Shown: in pieces, positions 10,733 to 19,626 of the stretch
Position numbering within the stretch: the first letter of the stretch is position 1
How the letters are laid out: the number at the start of each line of letters is the position of its first letter
Assembly: GCA_965248535.1 (NCBI GenBank)
Contig: CBDFJR010000002.1
Span: 1,760,001-1,824,000, forward strand
DNA: 64,000 nucleotides
Direction: 5' to 3'
Origin: Phormidesmis sp.
GTDB taxonomy: Bacteria > Cyanobacteriota > Cyanobacteriia > Leptolyngbyales > Leptolyngbyaceae
Made by a program: the position numbers and the translations under genes
The notes under the pieces: generated by a model
The model's database searches: none
What the model saw: the letters and a program-made list of their open reading frames with translations, nothing else
Told to the model about the DNA's origin: nothing

Positions 10733-13123
10733 ATGACTCTTTCTTCTGACCTTAATCGTCTGTGTCTCTTTAGTAAACTTTTAACGTCTCGATCTATCGA
10801 ATATCTGATCGTAGATCAAGAGTTAAAGATTAATGAAACCTCTGCTGGGGCACATCGATATGTCCAATCACCGAGTGATGTAGCACCCGGAAGAGATGTT
10901 CGTGATAGTTTTCCTGAGCTATATGGCTATGAAGAGACTCTCAATGATGTCTTGCAAAAACGGCAAGAGAGACTTGACATTACAGAAATTGCCCGATCGC
11001 TGACGCGCAGCGCTGAAGGGTCATTAGACTTGCCGACCCTTGTTTATATCGATCTCCATATTCTCGAAAATCAGTCTCTTGAAAATAGCTTTGTGATCTT
11101 GATAGAAGAGATTACAGAAGCGATGGTTTTGAGACAATCCCTCGTTCAAGCTGCCAATGAAGCGAATCTTTTATTGAGACAATTAGGGGCTTCTAAGAAA
11201 TATACCGATCAGATTATTACCGCTATCCCTGATGCCTTGATCGTGACAACGCGATCGGGAAAAATTAAAACAATTAATCCGGCTGCAAAAATTCTGTTTG
11301 AATACACAGAAGACGAGCTGCTGGGGCAACCGATTTCAAGTCTTCTTTCAGAGTTGCAGTTTCCCTATCCTACGATCGCTCAAAGTCCTCAAGCTTCAGA
11401 GTCTAGTGAACTTCCTAAAGAAATTGAAACCGTCTGTCAAACAAAGTCAGGTAAAAAAGTCTCGATCGCTGTTTCTTGCTCGACTCCACAGGTAGATATC
11501 GAAGACTTTCAAAGTGTGGTTTATATCGTTCGAGATATGACCGATCGCAAGCAAGCAGAACTGGCAAAACGTGAGTTTTTAGCCATGATTAGTCATGAAA
11601 TTCGCACCCCGATGAATGCTGTCATTGGCATTGCTGGCTTATTGCTAAACACTGAGCTAACGCCTCAACAGCGCGACTTGATAGAAATCATTGGAACCAG
11701 TGGCGATGCACTGCTCACGATCATCAATGACATTCTCGACTTTTCTAAAATGGAGTCTAACAAACTGGAGTTAGAAGAACACCCGTTTAATCTTAGAACT
11801 TGTGTTCAAGAAGCGCTGAATCTACTCACGCCCAAAGCGGTAGAAAAAGGACTCAAGCTTGCCTTTATTGCTGACGCGACTCTGCCGACGCTCGTCGTCG
11901 GAGACAGCACTCGACTTCGCCAAATTTTGATTAACTTACTCGGCAATGCCATCAAGTTTACGCCAACCGGAGAAGTGACAATATCCGCAACGGCCGTGTC
12001 AATCACGCCTACTCCCCAATCGACGCTCCTTTGCGGCATTGAGTTTGCAGTTAAAGATACAGGCATCGGAATCTCCCACGATCGCCGCAATTGTCTATTT
12101 CAAGCCTTTAGTCAGGTAGATGCCTCGATTACCCGGCAATATGGTGGCACGGGGTTGGGGCTGGCGATTTGTAAACAACTCAGCAACCAAATGGGCGGGA
12201 AAATCTGGGTTGAAAGTGAGCCAGGGCAAGGCAGCACGTTTTACTTTACGATCGTGGTCGAAGCGCCTTCTGAACCCGCCATCCCAGAGAGCACACGTCC
12301 TCGACTGTCAGTAGATACTCAGTTTGCTCAACAACATCCTCTGCACATTTTGTTGGCTGAAGATCATCTAGTTAATCAAAAGCTGATGGTGATGGTCTTG
12401 CAGCAGTTAGGCTATCAAATTGATGTGGTCAACAACGGCTTAGAAGTTTTAGACGCTCAACGCAAACAGCCCTATGATGTGATTTTGATGGATGTGCAGA
12501 TGCCCGAAATGGATGGCATCACGGCTACGCAACAAATTTGCCAAACTTGGGCACCGGACGATCGTCCCTACATCATTGCCATGACGGCTAATGCCCTGCG
12601 AGACGATCGTCAACGTTGCCTAGAATCGGGCATGGACGACTATATTACCAAACCCGTCTGCCTAGAAGCGTTAATGCAAGTGTTAAGCAAATGCAAGCCT
12701 CATAGACGTGCTCAGACCCAAGCCCAGCCAGAAAACACCTCCGATTTACATCTCGAATTAGCGCCTCAGACAGTGCGAATTGATTTAGATGCGCTGCAAG
12801 AAATCTATCAAATTGGCGGAAACTCGACAGAATTTTTGGTAGAGATGATTGACTGCTATCTCGAAGAAGCTCCTAAGCTTTTGAAAGCCGCAAGAGATAG
12901 TCTGCTCCAACAAGACCTTATAAAGTTGAAACGAACTGCTCACACGCTGCAATCGAGTAGTGCAACGCTGGGTGCAACAAAACTAGCAATGCTGTGTATA
13001 GAGCTTGAGTCAATGGTCATGACCGATTCACTAACGGCAGCCGCCCATCACGTTGCAGCGCTAGAACTAGAGTATCAGGAAGTAGAAACTGTTTTGCAGC
13101 AAGAACGCCAAAAGCTTCTATAA
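10733..13123 (+). CDS. Cytoplasmic hybrid histidine kinase (PAS-PAS-HisKA-HATPase-REC-HPt)
   Basis: [46 protein letters not shown]. Confidence 0.95.
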   Translation: MTLSSDLNRLCLFSKLLTSRSIEYLIVDQELKINETSAGAHRYVQSPSDVAPGRDVRDSFPELYGYEETLNDVLQKRQERLDITEIARSLTRSAEGSLDLPTLVYIDLHILENQSLENSFVILIEEITEAMVLRQSLVQAANEANLLLRQLGASKKYTDQIITAIPDALIVTTRSGKIKTINPAAKILFEYTEDELLGQPISSLLSELQFPYPTIAQSPQASESSELPKEIETVCQTKSGKKVSIAVSCSTPQVDIEDFQSVVYIVRDMTDRKQAELAKREFLAMISHEIRTPMNAVIGIAGLLLNTELTPQQRDLIEIIGTSGDALLTIINDILDFSKMESNKLELEEHPFNLRTCVQEALNLLTPKAVEKGLKLAFIADATLPTLVVGDSTRLRQILINLLGNAIKFTPTGEVTISATAVSITPTPQSTLLCGIEFAVKDTGIGISHDRRNCLFQAFSQVDASITRQYGGTGLGLAICKQLSNQMGGKIWVESEPGQGSTFYFTIVVEAPSEPAIPESTRPRLSVDTQFAQQHPLHILLAEDHLVNQKLMVMVLQQLGYQIDVVNNGLEVLDAQRKQPYDVILMDVQMPEMDGITATQQICQTWAPDDRPYIIAMTANALRDDRQRCLESGMDDYITKPVCLEALMQVLSKCKPHRRAQTQAQPENTSDLHLELAPQTVRIDLDALQEIYQIGGNSTEFLVEMIDCYLEEAPKLLKAARDSLLQQDLIKLKRTAHTLQSSSATLGATKLAMLCIELESMVMTDSLTAAAHHVAALELEYQEVETVLQQERQKLL

Positions 13124-13207
13124 ATGAGACTTTTGAGACAACAAACCTCTCCTCAAGTTTTGCCAAATTTGGGGGAGCATTTTTTGGCGTTAGCTTTTAA
13201 CTGATTT

Positions 13208-13216
13208 GGTCATACT
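13208..13216 (+). promoter_or_regulatory. Candidate group-3 sigma (SigJ/SigF-type) -10 box GGTCATACT
   Basis: Resembles the GGGaAtacT consensus; 33 nt upstream of the 13250 start. Confidence 0.3.
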
Positions 13217-13249
13217 AACTGAGTAGTATCTACCCAATATGCTTGATGT

Positions 13250-14410
13250 ATGACAACCTTTTTTAGGGATCAGGTTTTTTTTGAGACCCGATCGCGTCAG
13301 ACGTTAAACCTGCGATCGTCTCAACGGGCTTGGGCCGTTCTCTGGCGTTTGGCAAAGCCCCTTATTGGCAGTGTGAGCCTGTGTCTCAGCGCTGTCTACC
13401 CAGTTCAATCCGTCCCTAAAATTCCTGTCTCAAATTCGGCTAAGTTTTTGATTGCTGGGGCAGATAACTTTAACCCTGGCTTAGAGTTGTTGCCCGTCAA
13501 ACCAGAGCAGCCTAGTTCAGCTAGGGATCTGATAGAAGCGCCATCTCCTAAAGTGGGACTAGAAAGCCTGAAAACTGACTTTCGCAACGATCGAGACAGT
13601 TCAGGTCAGCGGAATCGATTTCTGGGCGAAACGGCTCAGTTTCGCTTAAAAAATGGCAACATGGTTCAGTTTAAAACAGGGTTGAATTCCTTTAAGCAAA
13701 CGGGAGCAGAATCTGTCATTAATAGTCCGCTTCAAGTGGGCTGGGAGGGCAAACTTGGTCATTTTAAGGTGCGCGCAGAGGGCGGCGTTGACCTATTTGA
13801 TCGGTTGCCTGTCGCCCCTAACTTTAGCATTGAAGCCAGTGTTCCTATTTTGCCTAACGCTACGTTATCAGCAGTGTTAGAGAAATCGCCTTATAAGTTT
13901 AATGCTAAAACGCTCAATCATCAAATCTCAGCATTGCGGTTTGGGCCAACGTTGTATGTGCAAATCGATCGCAACACGAGTTTATTTTCTTTTTATCGTC
14001 GAGGCAACTACAGCGACGGCAATCACGAACATCAGTCTTTTACGAGACTAGAACATAAATTTGGACAGTTTTCTGTGTCAGCTAATCTATTCACTTGGAA
14101 CTACGAACACAACGCGCTGGATCGAAAGGGATATTTTTCTCCTCAAGATTTCTTGGTCTATAACGGCGAAATTGGTTGGGAGGGAGATGTGTTTAAGTTT
14201 CTGCGATGCGGACTCACTGCCTCCTTGGGGCGGCAACGGCTAAAGGGTGATTTCTCGAATGCAAACACCTATCAAGCTCACTGCATGGCTCAGGTATCCC
14301 CTCATGTGGAAGCAGGCTTGGGTTACACCTTTAGCAATGTCAAAACTCAAGGCACAGGAGATAGTTCCAATAGTCAGGCGCTGACAGGTCAACTACGCAT
14401 TACGTTTTAG
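13250..14410 (+). CDS. Putative outer-membrane beta-barrel (BcsC/PgaA-type polysaccharide export pore)
   Basis: Amphipathic alternating beta-strands, YSDGN and GYFSPQDF motifs, terminal Phe (GQLRITF) typical of the BAM signal; lies upstream of the glucan genes. Confidence 0.65.
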   Translation: MTTFFRDQVFFETRSRQTLNLRSSQRAWAVLWRLAKPLIGSVSLCLSAVYPVQSVPKIPVSNSAKFLIAGADNFNPGLELLPVKPEQPSSARDLIEAPSPKVGLESLKTDFRNDRDSSGQRNRFLGETAQFRLKNGNMVQFKTGLNSFKQTGAESVINSPLQVGWEGKLGHFKVRAEGGVDLFDRLPVAPNFSIEASVPILPNATLSAVLEKSPYKFNAKTLNHQISALRFGPTLYVQIDRNTSLFSFYRRGNYSDGNHEHQSFTRLEHKFGQFSVSANLFTWNYEHNALDRKGYFSPQDFLVYNGEIGWEGDVFKFLRCGLTASLGRQRLKGDFSNANTYQAHCMAQVSPHVEAGLGYTFSNVKTQGTGDSSNSQALTGQLRITF

Positions 14411-14511
14411 CATCGGGATGTGAATCTTAGGATTAATATCACGTTGATTTCAGTGTTTGTATGAAAACGATTGAGTTAAATCGCATCTAACAGCGTTTTC
14501 AGACCATTGGC

Positions 14512-14520
14512 GGGAACACT
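14512..14520 (+). promoter_or_regulatory. Candidate SigJ/SigF-type -10 box GGGAACACT
   Basis: 8 of 9 match to GGGAATACT; 37 nt upstream of the 14558 start. Confidence 0.5.
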
Positions 14521-14557
14521 AGACATAATCGTTAACAACAAAATCAAGAGCTAGCTC

Positions 14558-16882
14558 ATGAATTCTGATTTTGAGCCACCACCAAAGGGATGGTCAATTC
14601 TAGCTTCTGTCGGCGGAGTAATCACTGCGATCGCAGTTGTGACCAGTCTAGAATCGCTGTCAAGTTACTTTCATAGAACAGATTCTGCATCCGTGTCGAA
14701 AGCGGCAATGATCACGCAGCGCGAATCAGAGCGATTGCTAGATCACACAGTCGAGCAGCAAGCGGCTGCCTGCAAATTTAACCAAAGTATGGCCCCCGAT
14801 CGGGGGATCAAGTTTGAGACTAAAACGTTTCTTAGCCAAGCGATGGGGCAAGTGCGTAGCTATGGTGTGGTGCTGCCTCCCGGCTATGATCAAACGTCTC
14901 AAAAGCGTTACCCGGTGATTTTCTTACTGCACGGCGGGCACGGAGATGCAGGTGGATGGCAAACCTGCGCAGCGATTACCGAAGTGCTGCATAAACTCTA
15001 TAGCAACGGCAAGCTTCCACCTGCAATTATCATCACACCCGATGGCAACGATCGCCGAGGATCAAGTGCCCGCTGGGACCCTGAATATTTTGACGGGGTG
15101 AATGGACGAGTCGCTACCCTAATTGGCTCTGACCTAGTGCAAGAGGTGAAATCGCAGTATCAAGTGCTGAATGATCCCGAATTTTGGGCGATCGGAGGGT
15201 TGTCTTCGGGCGGCTGGGGCGCTTTGAATATTGGGCTGCGCTATGGGGATCAGTTCCACCTTTTGTTTAGCCATAGCGGTTACTTTACTGATGTTAGTGG
15301 GCCCGAAAATAGCCCCGCTGAGTTAGTGCAAAAAATTCCGGCTGAACAACAACAGCAGCTAAAAATTTATTTGGATGCAGGCGCTTCTGACAAACGATTT
15401 TTAGACTCTACTGAGCAATTCCACAAAGTTCTTCAGCGCTTGTCGATCGAGCATGAGTTTCATATGTTCACAGGAGGACATGGCACGACGGGTCAAGACA
15501 GTGGCTGGCGTTATTGGCATGAACATCTAGCTGACTCATTGAGCTATGTCGGCTCTAAATGGCTTGGCAATAGCATAGCTATGTCGCCCGTGGAGAGGGC
15601 TAGTTTAGATGCTCAATTTGCAAAGGTGCTTGACAAAGGGATGGGCGCAAAACCGTCTGAGGTGAAGGTGCAAAATGGGGGTGAGGCTAAAATGTTGACC
15701 GCACAAGAGCTTCAAACAGCACGTCTAGCTTGGAAATATTTTCAGCGCAACTGGAATGAGAAGACGGGCTTGATTAATTCGGCTGATGACTTTGCATCGG
15801 TAACGTTGTGGGATCAGGCTGCCGCGATCGCCGCGATCGTCAGCGCTAGAGAACTCGATTTGATTTCAGACGTAGAGTTCAACGCCAAAATGAATGGGAT
15901 GTTAACCACATTGGCAACGCTGCCCCTCTACAAAAATGAGTTGCCCAACAAAGTTTATAACACCGAAACGCTGCTACCCGTGGATTATGGAGAGTTAACT
16001 AAACGCAAGGAGATTGGTTGGTCAGCGATCGACCTAGGACGTATGGCGCTCTGGCTTAAAATTGTGGGTTCAAAATATCCTCAGTTGCGGACTCAAACAG
16101 AGGCGGTTTGGCAACACTGGAAGGTCGAGCGATTGGTTAAAAATGGGCAACTGTATGGAACAACAGTCAGCGCCCGCGGCGATGGAACAGTCCAGACTAA
16201 AGAACAATATAACCAAGAAGGACGCTTGGGCTATGAAAACTATGCGGCTTATGGGTTAAAGCTGTGGGGCTTAGATGTCAAACAAGCGCTTGATACTCAG
16301 TCAAATGTGGCATTTGTCAATCTCTATGGGCAGGATGTTCCTTATGACCAGCGAGACTATCAGACCTCAGGAGCCAACAATTATGTTCTTAGTGAGCCTT
16401 ATATCTTAGACGGCATTGAGACAGGGTTTCAGGCATTGCCTAAAGCCTATGCCGATCGCGTGTTAGCGGCTCAAGAAGCTCGCTATCAGGCAACCAAACA
16501 GTTGACGGCGATTACTGAAGATAACCTCGATCGTGCGCCTTATTTTGTCTATAACACGCTGTTTGTCAATGGTGAATCTTGGGCAACCATCACCGACACG
16601 CGCCAAAATCGCAACAATCTGCGGTTTCTCAGTGCAAAAGCGGCGATCGGTTGGCACGTTCTCTATAACACGGCTTATACTCAACAACTATTTGAGTTTG
16701 TTCAAGCCAAGCTAAAAAGCGAAACAGGCTGGTACAACGGTTTCTATGAATCTCTGAATCAGCCTAACCGATCGCTGACCGCAAACAACAATGGCGTGAT
16801 TTTAGAAAGTCTGCTCTACAAAAAAGTTGGGCAGCCTCTCACCGTTTGGGCAGGCATTCCATCCTCTGAGCAACCTCATTAA
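14558..16882 (+). CDS. Esterase-DUF3131 fusion protein with N-terminal membrane anchor
   Basis: TM helix, then esterase (LLHGG, GLSSGG, GGHG), then DUF3131 (ARLAWKYF, TLWD, LPNKVYN, GWSAIDLGR, EGRLGYENY, TANNNG). Confidence 0.85.
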   Translation: MNSDFEPPPKGWSILASVGGVITAIAVVTSLESLSSYFHRTDSASVSKAAMITQRESERLLDHTVEQQAAACKFNQSMAPDRGIKFETKTFLSQAMGQVRSYGVVLPPGYDQTSQKRYPVIFLLHGGHGDAGGWQTCAAITEVLHKLYSNGKLPPAIIITPDGNDRRGSSARWDPEYFDGVNGRVATLIGSDLVQEVKSQYQVLNDPEFWAIGGLSSGGWGALNIGLRYGDQFHLLFSHSGYFTDVSGPENSPAELVQKIPAEQQQQLKIYLDAGASDKRFLDSTEQFHKVLQRLSIEHEFHMFTGGHGTTGQDSGWRYWHEHLADSLSYVGSKWLGNSIAMSPVERASLDAQFAKVLDKGMGAKPSEVKVQNGGEAKMLTAQELQTARLAWKYFQRNWNEKTGLINSADDFASVTLWDQAAAIAAIVSARELDLISDVEFNAKMNGMLTTLATLPLYKNELPNKVYNTETLLPVDYGELTKRKEIGWSAIDLGRMALWLKIVGSKYPQLRTQTEAVWQHWKVERLVKNGQLYGTTVSARGDGTVQTKEQYNQEGRLGYENYAAYGLKLWGLDVKQALDTQSNVAFVNLYGQDVPYDQRDYQTSGANNYVLSEPYILDGIETGFQALPKAYADRVLAAQEARYQATKQLTAITEDNLDRAPYFVYNTLFVNGESWATITDTRQNRNNLRFLSAKAAIGWHVLYNTAYTQQLFEFVQAKLKSETGWYNGFYESLNQPNRSLTANNNGVILESLLYKKVGQPLTVWAGIPSSEQPH

Positions 16883-16884
16883 TC

Positions 16885-19563
16885 ATGCAGCACTACCATC
16901 AGCCAAATTGGGTTAGGTCGATTGCCCTGTTTCTAGTCGGGGTCAGTCTTCAGTTTTTGTTCCATGCGTCTACACCCGCCTCAACCGTTGCTCAACCGCC
17001 GGGTATGATCCCTAGCAATCAGTGCGCTGAGTTGCTTGCACCGCTGACTTCTGAAGAAGAAGGCTATGCTCGAACGGCCTGGCAATACTTCCTCAACAAT
17101 TATCAGACCACAACTGGGTTTACTAACTCTGTTGGAAATTATCCTTCTGGCTCAATGTGGGATATGGGAAACTATTTGATGGCATTGAATGCTGCGCGCT
17201 GGCTGAATCTGATTAACCAGGCAGACTTTGACAATCGCCTCAACAAGTTTTTGACCACCCTCAGCGGACTGAAACTGTTTGATAATGCTCTGCCCAACAA
17301 AACCTATAATGCGGCAACTGGAGAATTGGTGGACTATGGCAACAAAGCTGTAGAACGAGGCATCGGTTGGTCGGCGCTAGATATGGGACGAATGCTGTCA
17401 GCGTTTCACGTCATCCGCACTTGTCATCCTCAATATAACGATTGGCTCAAAGGCATTGTGGCGAAGTGGAAGCTGGCAGACTCGATTCGAGATGGGCAAC
17501 TCTATGGGGCGATCGTGACTCCAGAGGGCAAAACTCAACTAGTTCAAGAGGGGCGGCTGGGCTATGAAGAGTATGCGGTGAGAGGCTATGAGCTTTGGGG
17601 CTTTAAGGCAGACAAAGCACGATCGCTTCAGCCCTATAAATTTGTTGATCTCTACGGAATTCAAATTCCTGTTGACAGTCGCGATTTTCAAAACTCAGGT
17701 GCCAACAATTATGTAGTCAGTGAGTCCTATATCCTAGACGGAATTGAGTTTGGTTTGCAGGGCGACATGGCAGATTATGCTTCTAGAGTCCTAGAGGTTC
17801 AAAAGCGGCGCTATGAAACCACTCAACAGTTAACGGCCGTCTCAGAAGATAACCTCGACGGCCCGCCCTACTTCATTTACAACACAGTCTATGCCAATGG
17901 GGTGCCTTGGGCAGCCATCACAGATGCAAACCAGCCTTATCCACAGTTTCGCAACATTAGCACTAAGGCGGCCTTTGGCTGGCGCTATTTGTTCCCGACT
18001 AACGACTATGCTCAAAAGGTCTTTGATGCCGTCAAAACTTTGCGGAGTGACGATGGCGGCGGCTTCTTGGCGGGACTCTATGAAGAATCGAAGCAGCCCA
18101 ACAAAACTTTAACAGGCAATACTAATGGCTTGATTTTGGAGATTTTGTACTACAAAGCTAGAGGGAACCGATCGCTGATAGGCGGTACTCCTTCGACGTT
18201 GACCCAGATTGCTCCGATCGTGGCTGTTGGCACTCCACAGCCTTCGCCCAATTCTGCGCTCAGTCAGCCTTTGTCAGAAACAGAACGCCGCTCTGCTCAG
18301 GCTGCGTGGCAATACTTTAAAACCAACACTCAAGCCACTGGGTTAGTCAACGATCGTAGTGATTTCAAAGGTGCATCGCTCTGGGGCATCGGAGATTATC
18401 TTGCAGCCCTGCACGCAGCGCGATCGCTCGATATCATTTCGGGTCAAGAATTTGAGCAGCGAGTTCGGCAGAGTTTGAGCACGATCGAGCACTTGCCTCT
18501 CTTCGCCGGAGAGTTGCCCAATCGCGGCTATGATCCCTGGTCGCTGCAACCTGTTGATTATGGCGACAACCCAACACTGGATGGAACAGGCTGGTCAGCT
18601 TTAGATGTGGGTCGATTGTTGTCAGCTTTATATAATCTCAAAACAGGTCATCCTGAATATGCTGCCGCCGTTGATCGCATTCCCCTTGATTGGTCTTATC
18701 TGCGAGTTGTGCGCGATCAGAGATTGTTTAGCGCCAAAGTGAGTCGAGATAGCCGCGGGCGATCGCTGACCCGGTTAGTTCCAGAAACTCGCCTGGGCTA
18801 TGAAGAATATGCCGCCCGCGCTTTACAGCTTTGGGGATTTGACGTTGATCGGGCCACGATCGGAGGACATTATCAAACCCTATCGATCGCAGGCATAGAG
18901 GTGCCGACTCAGCGCCAGCGATCGGGCCGCAACCCAGACCCCAATCTCCACACTGTCAGCAATCCTTTTTTACTCTATGGTTTAGAGTTTGGCTTTGATC
19001 CACAGATGCGATCGCTGGTTCAGCCCCTTCTCAAGGCGCAGGCAGAGCGCTATCGCACCACCCATACTCTCACGGCTGCGGCAACCACCGTAATTGACCG
19101 CCCTCCCTACGTGATTCACAGCACGATCGTGGGTCAAGGCGAACCTTGGGCAACGCTAGCAGATGATGGTCGATCAGTTCCCGATCTGCGAATGGTCAGC
19201 ACCTCTGCTGCCTTTGCTTACCATGCCTTGTTTCCGACTGAGCCATATACTCAGGCATTGCGGGCAGCGATCATAGACCTAGCTAATCCCTCCCAGGGCT
19301 ACCCAGAGGGTCGTGATGAAAAAACTGGCAAGGCGGCTACGGTGTTCACGGCTGAGACAAACAGCCTGATTTTGCAATCTATTTTGTATCAAGCCACGCG
19401 GCAGCAGCCGTTGACCCAATCTACCCCAGCGCTCAATTCTCCTTGGTGGGAAGCATTAACCAAAGGAGACTTCGATCGAGGGTTGCCCAAAGTCACTCAA
19501 CAAACGGCCCAACGGGTCACGGATGACACCGGAACCTATTGGACTTCGACCCGGCACAAATAA
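16885..19563 (+). CDS. Secreted protein with two tandem DUF3131 (putative glucanase/transglycosylase barrel) domains
   Basis: Signal-like N-terminus; AWQYF..LPN..Y..GWSALD.GR..RLGYEEY occurs twice. Confidence 0.88.
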   Translation: MQHYHQPNWVRSIALFLVGVSLQFLFHASTPASTVAQPPGMIPSNQCAELLAPLTSEEEGYARTAWQYFLNNYQTTTGFTNSVGNYPSGSMWDMGNYLMALNAARWLNLINQADFDNRLNKFLTTLSGLKLFDNALPNKTYNAATGELVDYGNKAVERGIGWSALDMGRMLSAFHVIRTCHPQYNDWLKGIVAKWKLADSIRDGQLYGAIVTPEGKTQLVQEGRLGYEEYAVRGYELWGFKADKARSLQPYKFVDLYGIQIPVDSRDFQNSGANNYVVSESYILDGIEFGLQGDMADYASRVLEVQKRRYETTQQLTAVSEDNLDGPPYFIYNTVYANGVPWAAITDANQPYPQFRNISTKAAFGWRYLFPTNDYAQKVFDAVKTLRSDDGGGFLAGLYEESKQPNKTLTGNTNGLILEILYYKARGNRSLIGGTPSTLTQIAPIVAVGTPQPSPNSALSQPLSETERRSAQAAWQYFKTNTQATGLVNDRSDFKGASLWGIGDYLAALHAARSLDIISGQEFEQRVRQSLSTIEHLPLFAGELPNRGYDPWSLQPVDYGDNPTLDGTGWSALDVGRLLSALYNLKTGHPEYAAAVDRIPLDWSYLRVVRDQRLFSAKVSRDSRGRSLTRLVPETRLGYEEYAARALQLWGFDVDRATIGGHYQTLSIAGIEVPTQRQRSGRNPDPNLHTVSNPFLLYGLEFGFDPQMRSLVQPLLKAQAERYRTTHTLTAAATTVIDRPPYVIHSTIVGQGEPWATLADDGRSVPDLRMVSTSAAFAYHALFPTEPYTQALRAAIIDLANPSQGYPEGRDEKTGKAATVFTAETNSLILQSILYQATRQQPLTQSTPALNSPWWEALTKGDFDRGLPKVTQQTAQRVTDDTGTYWTSTRHK

Positions 19564-19626
19564 GGGCAGGACTGGCTCCTACTGTTGCCCTCACTCCCAT
19601 CTGTCACGTTCACCTACCAAACTGGT

